From assembly GCA_036172245.1 (NCBI GenBank), contig JAYWIR010000016.1, positions 1,426,001-1,490,000 on the forward strand: 64,000 nt of DNA. Direction: 5' to 3'. Under the pieces are notes generated by a model. That model did not search any database, was not told the origin of the DNA, and saw only the letters and a list, made by a program, of their open reading frames with translations. The stretch is from Raillietiella orientalis (lineage: Eukaryota). Of this stretch, positions 11,561 to 23,189 are shown piece by piece; the stretch's first letter is position 1; the number at the start of each line of letters is the position of its first letter. The position numbers and the translations under genes are program-made.

Positions 11561-12396
11561 ATTTAGCCGCCTTTCCTTTTTTTTTCCTTTTTCTTTTCTT
11601 TTACCGAAAAACTATGGTAATGAACTAGATAAATGAAGTGGATCTATACAAGTAATGGTATGTCGCACAGAGATTCTTGGTGTGAAGTTGAGGATTGATT
11701 TCAACCCTTGGTGTGTTTTTGAATTCTCCGAGCGTACCGCTTGTTGTGACCGTGCGGCTTCATATCGCTTGGAAAATTGCATTTAAAGTTCCAAAGAACT
11801 TGCGACTTAGCTCTATTTTCCAACCAATTAAAGTTTTTCATTAATTATCCAGTACTGAAAGTTACATTGCTTCCCTTTTTCGACACGAACCGTAACTTGA
11901 AAATTCTTGAGATCTGTGCAACGCCATCAACGCACAGGCTACAAGAACGCTGCGTTTCGCGTGTTTTGGTAGTCCATTTGCTGTTTCAAAAAAACAATTA
12001 ATATACACAGCATCTCATGTATTTTCAATACATTCAAAACACCAATATGTCACTTAACAAGTGCTTTATCATTTTGACAGCGGTGCTTCTCAAAAATTAG
12101 GTTAGCTCATTTTTTTACCAGGAATTAGCATAACTTGCTACCACAGTATTTGATTAAAATTGCAACACTCTTGGAAATTAGTTCAGATTTGACCTTAATA
12201 CAATGCTTCCTATTTTGATGGCAATCCATACAAAAACCATTTATTTAAATATCACAACTTTTGATATGTGATACTCAGGGAATAATTTTCCATCCTAAAA
12301 GTCTAGCATGTAAAATATCATTTCTGAAATATATTTCTTTGAGTATATACAAAATGTACACAAATATAGGGTTGAAAAACCTCAGGTACAAACGTT

Positions 12397-14764
12397 TCAT
12401 AAACTACAACTATCAAATTTTGGACCAGCAGTAATTATTAATTCTTTGTAAGAGGATTCTTGCTCCAATTCAATTGCTTGCTGTTTTTTGAGCACCAAAA
12501 GAGTATAAAACTTTTGTGCAACCTGCTTTCTATTATTATTATGCACCATGTCCGAAAAGCAAAGTTTTTCCTGTTGTCTAAGATGAGTTTGCAGCATCTG
12601 CTGCATGTAGCAAGCCCTTTTATTCATTATTCTTTCTTCGAACTGTTCAAATGTTTCATCTTGTTGTTGCTGTTCTTCTTGCTAAAATCCAATCATACGC
12701 ATTCTATCACTTATATCAGGTTACATACCGGTCCAACCGACATAGGAAAGTCATAATCTCTAATATCAGGTGTTTGTGGCTGCAGATGCACTGATGGCTG
12801 AATGTGACTTGGATCATATCCCATATTTGTTAACATGGTCTATCATGGGTTGAAAATATAACTAACAAATGATGTGCTTACCTGATCAGTTACAACTTTG
12901 GCATTCAAATTGGCAGATGCTGTATCTGAAGGAAGGCTAGTATCCATGAATGATAGCTGCTCTGTTTGCAGTAAAGTTGGAATGTGTTCATATGTCAAAT
13001 CTGTGAGGCTAGAAACATTTTTTTGCTCCTGATTGTGAAGCAACTCAGTGGGTTTTGGGGCTTCCAAGGTCCCAGCCATAGGAGAAACTACTTGTTCAGC
13101 TTTGTCAGAAATAAATTTCTTTTTTTTAGATGCTCTCTTTGTAGCTTCTTGTGACTCTTCTTGCAAGGCTTTGGTTGGTTCTGGAGGTATGTATTCAGGT
13201 ACCGACTCCTCAGGTTGATCAAAAAATTCATTGTCAGCAGGACGACTAGTCAAAAATCTTTGATAAACTCGAATAAGCAAACGTGCAGGAATGGGCCTAG
13301 CAGGAAGGGCAAACAATTTTTCTACCCCTCCTGTTTCCTTCCAATGCATAAGACGTTTTGTTGGAGGAGCTAAGTCTAAAGTAGTGACTATGTCACTTGT
13401 ATCTGACAACTGAGACTTCATTTCATCTCCTGATATGTTTTTGACCTCATCAACAATCAACTTGCGTTTACGCTTAGTACGTGGCCATCCCTTCAAAGAT
13501 GATGCCTCAATAGGTGCTAAGGCAAAACTTTCATCCTCATTGTGTACAAGGGTAGTCTGATCTGACATGGCAGGTTCAGGAACCTTGGAAATAGCTGGTT
13601 GAACTGGTTCCTCAGCCTCTGTATGTAATGGTGAGGAGGGTTGAGAATTACCAGATAATGAACTATCCAGGAATCAGAGATAGAGCAAATTAATCTGATT
13701 AATTACCCTGCTGGATCAATAGATGGAATGCCTCCAAAATGGTCCATCAATTCATCATCCTGCTCATTCTCTGCCACATCACCACTTTTAATCTCTTTCA
13801 TTCTGTCTTGACTGTTCAGATTACTAAACTCATTAAGTGGAGCATCCTCAAAGAGGTCACCCTCAAACAAGCCTCCTGCTACTCAGAAAGTACCATGTAT
13901 GCAATGCAAAAGTAACATGAACCTTCACAGCCTTACCCATGATATCTTGTCCCAAACTTGCTCCAAAACCATCTTCATGAACAGGCTCTAAAGCAGATTG
14001 CTGACTTACACTGAGTGTGTTCTGCTGCATATCAGGAAGTTTTTCTGGTTCCAACATGATATTCTGAGGAGATAAACGTACCAAAAGAACTATGCAAATT
14101 ACTTTACCTCACTCATCATGGACAATGAATGATCAATAGATGATGCTTCTCTGAGCAGTTCTGGTGGCTCAGGGCCAAATCCAATATCACCAAAACCATC
14201 ATCTCCAGGCACTAGAGGAATGTTTCCATAATCTTCTCGCATTGTAATTTCTTCTTCTCTGGATTGATTTAGACTAAATTGTGCTTGGATATCAACATCA
14301 CTAAGATAGATAAATAGAGGAAATTATGTGACATAACACTAGCTCACTTCAATTCAGGCATGGTTGTATCAAAATCATGGAATACTTCTGGAAGGGTAAT
14401 AGCTTTTACAGCAGCTTCACGACTTTCTTCAGGGAGATCTACCATCCCTGGTCTGAAGGCCATTTTAATCTTGACAAAAGCTTCATTGCAATCAGCCAAC
14501 AAGTATTTTGCTTTCCTTGAATATATTCTAACTACTCCAAGAAGCAAATGGCCAGATGTTCTTAATGCCATTTTCACCTGTTCAAAACTTTCTTTATGAA
14601 TGAAATTATTGTGGATTTACCTTTGGTTGCAGAATTCCTTCAACGGATTTTTCGATGTTAGTTTCAAATATTTGTGCTTTTGTTAATTTTTTGTCCCAAT
14701 GGGCAGCAAGCCAAATTCGGGCAAGAGGCCCTTTTTTGGCCAGAACAAAATGTGCATAAAACAT
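12397..14764 (-). CDS. RAD21: Cohesin kleisin subunit RAD21/Scc1; multi-exon
   Basis: Exon 14764-14621 gives [36 protein letters not shown]. Exon 14577-14348 gives [32 protein letters not shown]. The central region has [37 protein letters not shown]. The C-terminal winged helix is [32 protein letters not shown], with the stop at 12397. Confidence 0.97.
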
Positions 14765-15779
14765 TTTTACGTGATGATGATGTTTCTATGCACTGGAATC
14801 GTTCATATGTCCACCACTTGAAGTTTTACAAAAGATTCACACACAAGCATGAAAACTCACTACATGAAAATTAAGTTTCTGAATTTCCTTTACGAAACGT
14901 GTATTCCTGAATAATGCACATATTTGGAAAACAGATTACAAACTGATAATATACAATCAAAATGTTGATAAGTATACCGCAACAGATGCAATATGCAAGC
15001 ATGCTTTACATTTCATTTGTAACAAAATTCAAATTAAAACTTTCATGATACTGTACAGGCAAATGCTCATCAGAAAAATTGATTGCAGAGTAGTTATACA
15101 TTACAATTGACAGGCATTCTGCACACACTTAACCCATTCCGTTCGAATCTGGAAGATAATCTTGCCCGTTTCAAAACACAAAAAGTAAACACAGAAATTC
15201 ATTAATGCAAGAAAATAATTCTGCTACATATTTCACTTTACACGAACCGACACATAACCGATGAAAAGATTTAATTTTCTCATAATGCCAGTAATCAACT
15301 TTTATTCATGATAGGGACGCAAATTTGAAAATTTCTTGAAAACCAAAACTTTTTGTTGCTGTAAACATCATTATAACCGCCAAAACTAATTTTTAATTTT
15401 GCACATAAGATGGCATAGGCGTATCAAGTGATGCAATCAATGTTGGCACTGATATCCGAATTTTCTGATTGTCAACGTCTAAAGTAAATTGAAACTCCAC
15501 AAATAAATGTAATCTTATCTTAAATATTAAAATTCTAATTCTTTATTCTAGTGTTAAACTTATTTTTTTTAATATGTGCTTTGGAACGGGAAAATTCTCA
15601 AGCTGTATTCAATTTCATTTCCAAGAAAAAAAAAAATCAACAAATTTCATTTTTGTGACTTTATTATTTACTCAAGTACTCATAAAGAAATTGAATCGAA
15701 ACTTTTCTTCGTGGATATGTGGTAATTAAATATAGAGAAAAGAGCCCTACGAAAGTAATGGGCAGCAAAAATTGAGATT

Positions 15780-17550
15780 CCCCTGAGTATTCTATCTTCA
15801 CCAAGCAATCCAGTCAACTTTCAGAATCCAGGTATCATTTAGATTTGAAAAATGCAGTTTATTTCAAAAGAATACATTGCCAAGAATTAGTGGAAATATG
15901 ATAAATGATGTTGTTATGTTCCTTAGTGCTAACGAATTCTCACACTAAATGTAGCTTTTTTGTTTAACGTTTAGAAGTTTCTGTTATTCCTTAAATAATG
16001 TAGGTACTGCTTTCACTTCATCTAGATGTACTTTGGATGTTATTTATTCGTTCTCTTAGTCTACTCAAAGGCTTATTTAATTTTTTTCCACAATTTTGTT
16101 CTCTGTTCATCAAACTTGCTGATGCTTGATTTTTTACTTACTGTGTTACTTCATATGATGCATCAAAGATCGTTTCATGAGCTGTCATTCTTTCCAGGAT
16201 TCCAAATACCAGTTCCACTTTGTATTCTCTTAATAGATGGAAACTCGCAGCATTCAGTTCAGAAAATGGCTTTTAAAAGGCTCATCTTGATCTCTGGAAC
16301 TGATTCCTCGGCTTATTTTCCACATCAAAAAGTAAAGTAGCATTCCGAATATCCCAACCCGATTATGGTCACATGCCAGCTAAGTTAGCGACTCTAAATC
16401 AACCCCCTAGCTGCCAGGCTCTTCTAATGTTCTGAAGAAAGACTTTCCTGTTGACAGCATATCATTCTGTAAAGGGCGTTGGACCTGAACATTGAGTACG
16501 AATGGGTAAGCTTTCGGCGCAAGCAAGGCATCTTCGATATCCTAAGAACTTCATTAGAGTTCTCAATCCACGAAAGTCATCACTTTCTTCACAAAACGTC
16601 ATTGCATGTGTCGTTTCATCTCTGTTGGAACTAGGAAGAAATGCAGGATAGGAAGGAATGCTTATAGGAAATAGGAAGGATACTTTAACGCTCAGAGATA
16701 AGAACACACATTATGAGGCTGCGGACGGACTTCCACGGACCGCCTCTATACAGGTCAGGTTTTGGGATGCGATCCGGATCCAAGTGCCCATCGATTTCCT
16801 TTCGAAATAAAGCAGTCCAATCTGCTGTTTTACACAGGTAAGCGAGGATTCCAGCATTTTCGATAGATCGGAAGCTCTCTAGGTGCCACATCCTAATCCC
16901 ACAGCACTCTTTTGGAGACGGATGAGAGGAGATGTAGGGAAAACAGCAACTGGCACTAAATCCTTGGCCGCGCTCTTTCTTGACATCGGAAGGATTGGTG
17001 CCATCAGAAGAGTTGCAGTCATAGGTGGCGCCAGGAATTTTGATATGTAAGTCTATGGTCCATGAAACACCAAGGTTTGAGAAGGAAAAGGGAGGCTAAT
17101 AACTAGAGCAGTTATAAAGATCCTGCACCTTAGTCCTCATAATGGATTTATGAGACACGAAGTGGGTTCCTGAGATGGGTACCCGAGCCCACAAAGAACG
17201 CGCCCGGGTAGTCGTCATCTAAAGATGGGCAGTGGGGACAGAAGAATCCCCTGACTATTTCCTGCTCCTTGTTGGAAGAGTTCGGTAGAGAGAGGAGAGC
17301 TGCCTGTTGGAAACTACCTCAGGCCAGTTGCCTTCCTGCTCCAGGATTTTTCTGCTGCACATGAGAGGTCGTCCCCTCTCCCCGCCTTTCCCACTTGGAA
17401 GAAACAGAAGGAATTCAGGTCCACCAGTTTCTATCCCGTGGCTGCTTGCCAGTGGCAGGGAGTCGCGGGGAGAGTATGTATTTCTTCGCGGGCTTACCAC
17501 CATTTCCAGATGTTGGAGCTCGTTGACCTTGTTCTGGCTGATGGGCACGT
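15780..17550 (-). mobile_element. Decayed L1-clade ORF2 relics (linker-like piece and C-terminal zinc-knuckle piece)
   Basis: Minus-strand 'RDETTHAMTFCEE' resembles the E..H.F..C knuckle (16707-16462). 'IQSGTGIWNPG' resembles the post-endonuclease GPGYWKLN motif (~16200). Many stops are present. Confidence 0.4.
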
Positions 17551-18312
17551 GAGGTTGCTGAAGGTTGCACGAATTCGCATCATTATGGTGGTACGGTTAG
17601 GGCTGCGAAATCAGGTCAGGGGTACGTTTGGATCGCGAGGTTACCCACAAACGAATGCCGCCGCACGTGGCAATGGATTCATATGGCGATGTGGATTCTT
17701 AATGAATTCATTTACATGATGGTCTTTTTTTTTTTTTCTTTTCCTTTGCTGATGGCGATGCATCATACGAGGCAGCAATTGCTGTTCTACACGAGTGTAT
17801 ATTGTGTATTGCAATGTCCACGAGAGGCTGGCCATAATTCCCATCGTGCGCATCATGATACTCACCGAAGATGGCGTCGATTATTGCCTTACCGCATGCG
17901 GCGAATGCATTCAGCATAGTGGTAGCAAAGCTGCTACCATGTTGAATGTCTTGATGACCGATTGCTGCGCGATTCGAGTATTCTTAACCAATTTACACTC
18001 ACTTATGTGCTGAGTGCGAATCGAATAGCATATCGCCACCATCACGCGCGGTTTCCACGCTCACCCGCGAAGTTTGGGAAGCCCCGCTTTCAGGGGAAAT
18101 GCAATAAATTCTCCTCCTCGGACTTTATAAGAGAACATCGGCTTGTGCAGGTGGGGTTACAGGAAAAGCAGAAAAACGAATCCGCATGCCCACATCCATG
18201 GCAGTTGGATCATTAAAAGCGCATATATTTCGTTGGTGCACACGCGTACACTCCAAAAAGAACACTGGTTTCGAAAGGAGGGAGGGGGAGGATAAGGAAA
18301 TTACATTTCTGT

Positions 18313-20530
18313 TTGGGAAGAGACGGGGGAACGACGCGGGAGTCAATGATGCGACGGGACGGCCAAGGAGTCCGCAGAGCGTTGCAGGAAAAAGGAGCCC
18401 GTCTTGAAATTCGCCATGCTTCAAGTGGGGCGTCTTCCTCCATCTCTTCGTCGCCGTTTTCTCTAGAGAGAGATCCTTATTGGAATCCTCAGAGGAAAGA
18501 GTTTATGGACGGTTGGACGGTTAGGAGGGAGAGACCCCAGCAACCGCCGTCCCCTATCCGTGGTTTCTCTGTCGTCTCCGGCAGCTCCCTGCACCCCAGA
18601 CTTGTCGCGGCTTTCGCCCTCCTTCTTCCCCCTTTATCGTCTGCAGACGGACGCGGCTGCGGGCTGCTGGTCCGCACTGCACGCTTTTCGATGTGTTTCT
18701 TCGGAAACGGCAAGAGGGGAGGAGGGCACAAAGAGCCTGGTCCATGATTTCAAGGACGGAGGCGGTGACGCAGCTATCCTCTGCTCCTCCCCGGAAAGAG
18801 TGCTCTCGGCTCTTTCTAATGGGGAGTCCTCCCAACTGTAGGCGATTCGAGCCGGAGGGAAGGAGGTTGATCTGCAGGCGGGCCCTTCGGGGGCCTAATC
18901 GATCTCGACTGGATGGAATTCTCGACAGGGATGGCCCATCTCGCATCCCAGAGGGCAGTTGCGTGTCGAGAGAACCGTGGACATGGGGGGACCAGGGAAA
19001 GGAGCCCGTATCTTTCGGAGTTCTCCGAGCAGCATCTCCTCCAAGCAACGGATCGAAGAGAACTTGCTCTTCCTCCTCCTGCCCCTTCTCGTGGACTTAC
19101 GGCAATTGGGGTTCCCGACGACGTTCCTATCAGTTCCTATCCTTGCCTATGGAACAATGCTGTGTTTCTCCCTTTCACCTCGGAGCCTCCTGCCTGCCGA
19201 GCAGCCCGTCCACTTCCCGCAGAGGATGAAAGGAAGGGGCATCGGAAAGAAGGGAACGCCTACTCTGAAATTCAACCTCCCCCATCCCAGCGGGATTGTT
19301 GCCCCAGCCTCACTGCAGGCATCTGCTCGCGAGCTGTTCTTCCGTGTCGCTTCTCTCATGAAACGGACGAGGTTTCGCCCGGTCACGCTGGGGTGTTTAC
19401 GCGTGAGAAAAGTACACATGTACACTATTGATGCAAAAAAAAAAAGGTCACTCCTCCGTAGTGGGATCGCAATCCCACTACGTCGGCAAATACCGGAAGC
19501 GATTCTTGCACGCAAGCAGATCGCGGTGAGAGGTCCGCACAAAAGAAGTAAGGCGGGAGGGAGAAAACCAAAAATAGATAACAAAAAAATATGTTCCTGA
19601 GAATATTAGGGGGCAAGGGAAGATATCCCTGAAAGCTTCCTGTGGTCCTCTGCATCCTTTGCAGGAAGCCGGCAATTTCCTCCTTATACCGAGTGAGATG
19701 CGGCCATCTTCTGGTCATCCTTAAAAAGGAGACCACGATCGGGATGGCTCCTCTGGTCTTCTGGCCTCTGTCTCTGTGGATTTCCGCGGCAGCGGCACAC
19801 TGCTCAAGCAGAGCGGAGCTGCGGCCGACGCCCGCAGGCGACATTCCTCCGCAAGTGAAGAGGCGTCTCGGCAGGGTTTCCGGGTTGTCTCTCAGCGAGT
19901 CCGAGGGTGCAGACAAAGCTTCCCGAACGCTGTGGAGGGCAGCACACTCGAAAAGCAGGTGCGGGGAGGTCTCCTTTCCGCCGCACCTGCCACAGTCCGG
20001 GACCGCACTTCCCTTCTTCCAGTGGTGACGGCACGCTGGTTCGGAGAGCCATCGGGCAGGCTAGCAGCTTGAGTCCTATGCTGTTCAGCACCTACTCCGA
20101 GTCGACACTGAACCCATCCCGGAAAACTGCCACGTCCTCCTACCCTTGTCGTGTCGGCATGCGTCCACGACCTTCTTCTGCTCCCCATATCAACCTAGGC
20201 GGTGTCGCTCAAGGAATTCTTCGAGCTGCTACTTCGGGGAGGAGAACACGGGAGTGAACAGGGTGAAGTCGAAGGTCATTCCTGTGGGTGTGACAATGGG
20301 CTGGGCAGCCGGACTGGATGAGCTTGGCGATTCCCGAGGGAAGCAGCATGAAATACCTCGGAGTGCCCTTAGGAGACTTCTGTAGTGCAGAAGTTTGGTC
20401 CCATCGCCTTCGGAAGACTCTTCACCCTGTTGAACCGCGACGTTTATTTTTAATAAAAAGATTAATTTGCATTAAACAGGGAACTCAGTTCCCTGTGATC
20501 CATAAATTATAAAAAAAAAAAGAAACAAAA
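18313..20530 (+). mobile_element. Decayed L1/Tx1-clade ORF2: APE endonuclease end, linker and RT
   Basis: Motifs in order across shifted frames: 'SRLDGIL..WGDQ' (APE SRLD/SDH), 'GHLLVILKK..FWPLSL' (RT1/2), 'VRRAIGQASSLSPMLF' (RGVRQGCPLSP) and 'MKYLGVPLGDFCSAEVWSHRL'. It ends in an A-rich tract at ~20510. Confidence 0.75.
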
Positions 20531-20599
20531 GGAAGTTAAATTTCGGAGGGCTCGCCGACACGCAGGGTGAGAGAAGAGATTGTCCGCAGCACTGAGGGG

Positions 20600-23100
20600 G
20601 GAAGGGGATGAACAAGTAAATAACAGGCGGGTGGGATAGAGACACTGGGATTGCTACCTCCCTTCTAGAGCCTCCGTGCGATGTTGGTGATTTCCTTGCT
20701 GACTTCCAGTTCCAAATGAGGCCACTTGCATCCTTTCTTCAGGAAGACCTTAGTAGATGCAAAGTAGCCTCTTGTTGCCGCTAGTGGAGCTCCAGTGAGT
20801 GCCGGGCCGTGAGGATGCTGCGGACGCGGCACAAGGTCGCTTCACGGAGGCAGACGAGAGACCCTCTCGCATTAATAAGCGTTGCAGCAGTTCAGTCGGC
20901 GTATCTTCCGGGTGGGGGAGCGCTGAAGCCAACCTCTCTGCACAATGGGATGATGAGGGCGCAGTTCATCAGCAGGTGGCACACTCCGTAGACACACTCC
21001 CCCCTTCGTCACGTGGTGCGTGCGTTTGTTGTGGGGAAGACCTTAATGCAAGAACAGCTCCACCTCGTGTTGCCACCGGAGGGGAAGGACAGAAGAGTCC
21101 GAACACGGGAAAGGGACACGGAGTTCTTCCGGGAACACACTCAAAGTTTCGGCCCACCGGCGGCGTCCCTTCGCCTGGAGGCAGGGCGTCATCTCGTCGA
21201 TCAGCATTTTTGTGATGCACCTGCCTAAGAGTTCTTCCATTCTCGCGATGGTGCAGGAGGACGTCCACCTCGCCGGTAGGCAACTGTCGTTGCTTTCCCA
21301 TAGGGAACACACAGATGCGGCCAAAGGTGTGGCAGGTGCCCATTTGGTCGGTTCCCTGACTATTCTTTCCAGGAGCACCCTGTTGAACATCTGGACCAGT
21401 ACAACATCCTCAGGGCTGGTGCTGGTCAGCCGTGCCCAGGTATCCATGGATTCCTGCTGCTAGGTATGGAAGTTCTTAGGGTGGCAGGAGATCCACAATT
21501 TGGTCTCCAGCAGGGGGGGCAAGCTGCCTCAGGGGAAACCCCAAGAGCTTGACGCAAAATGTGGCGATCAGGGATGCACCACTGCGGGTTCCACGCCCTC
21601 TCCATCAGAGCCTCCAGAAAGCGGAAGTGGCGCTGGCACCGTCCCCAGATGGTAAGTTTTGCTTGCCGGAAGGAGCCTTCATTTGGAACGTCTTCGTTGG
21701 CCCCCTTTCTCCGATCTCTTATTTTTGTTCCACTCCTCCCTTATTTAGGCGAGGCTCAAGACGAACGGCGTCATGCAGAAAGCACTGTGGAGCCACCGCG
21801 AGGCCGAAGGTTCGCTTCAAAGACCTGGTTGCTCCATGAAGGGATTCAGGACGCTCATGCGTTCCTACGCTGAAGAAGATGGACCTTCAGTTCCAGTTTA
21901 GGATGATGGCCCTAACGGCCGAGAACTGGACGCGACATTTTTGCCTGCCTGAGCGCGAAATCCTGAGGCACGCTGTCGGTTGCGAGGGGATGGCGTCATG
22001 GCTACCTCGCAACCGAGACCGCATACAAGCTCTAGGGTTCCCACTGAGGCAGATTTCTACCCACTGGGAAGAACACCCGTAGGTCTCCTACCGTTCCGCA
22101 AACGACAACGCTTGGCGGCGGGAAGCGGTGGTGACCTGGACCCGCATCATGAGAACGGATGTAGAGATGTTGACACGTCCTATCCACGACCTGGAAGTGG
22201 AAATCGACCGGAAGAAGTGGGCTCTGGCCACTTATCCCGGTGTCAGACCCCCCCCCCCCAGACGCAGTGCACTCCTCCCCACGGCAGATAAACGACAGTT
22301 GCCGACTGGCAGGGTGGGTCATCTCGTAGCGGGGGCGACGAGGTTGTTGAGCCGGTGGAGGGCGGGTCGAAGATGGCCCTGAGGCAGCGATGTCCGTGCC
22401 CGCGCGAAAGGGATGCTTCGTTCGGCGGGATCGTCAGGGATGGTGAGGCCCTCCCTTTTATCTGAACTGCTCCGTGCACACCTCCTCAGGAGGCAGCAAG
22501 AAGAAGTCCTGCTACTCGTGCAGCTGGGGCTTCCCGCGCAACCAACGACGGCACCTCTGGACGAGGGGGAGAGGCGTCTCTCCCAGCCCCCCACCCCATT
22601 TTCCGAACTGCTCTGGCTGCTGGGAAATCGAAACTTCCGCGCACCCGCTGCTAGTACGCGGTGACCTTCGGAGCGTGCGGAAACGCCTCGCGGCTGCTCC
22701 ACTTCGACCCGAATAGCCCCGGAAGGGTTTCTGCGGCGCTGCTTCGCGAGGAACGGGCTTTCGCCTGCCTTCCCGATCGCCCCTGATTTCCGTGAGGAAG
22801 ATCGTGACGTCCCGTAACATCGAGGAGGCGTTCCAGCAAAGTGGGAGGAGAATGACTCGCGTCTCGGCTCTGCAGTAATGAGGTATGCGGCAAAATGGCT
22901 TTCAAGGACGTCAGCGTCGAGGTGCACTCCACCTGCATCGCACGCGGGTTGCAGAAGTTGCGTCGAGTTTGACCGGTGGCCCTCGCCCCTTTCCCCTTTT
23001 CTTTACCTGTTATTGTCCCCTCCCCCACACTCTTTCTGCCCTTTTGTGCGACCGGCCTGTGAATTGGCGTTTTTTTTTTTTCCCCCTCCTGAATTTTTCA
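20600..23100 (+). mobile_element. Decayed L1/Tx1-clade ORF2: RT to C-terminus
   Basis: 'RPSRINK', 'WRQGVISS', 'KFLG', 'PKVRFKDLVAP*RDSG' and 'DLQFQFRMMALTAENWTRHFCLP' are colinear with 'SRVRLKDLCAPRRDGGLG..ERQLRIRKLALAAKFWTTPWCVP' of the 34.2-35.5 kb copy. Confidence 0.75.
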
Positions 23101-23189
23101 AAGATTTGGATTTAAGAATCCGCGCGGTCTTTCTGCTTGTTTTGGGGAAAACAGACACCCCGGAGTAAGTGAAAATAGCGTGCGTTTCA

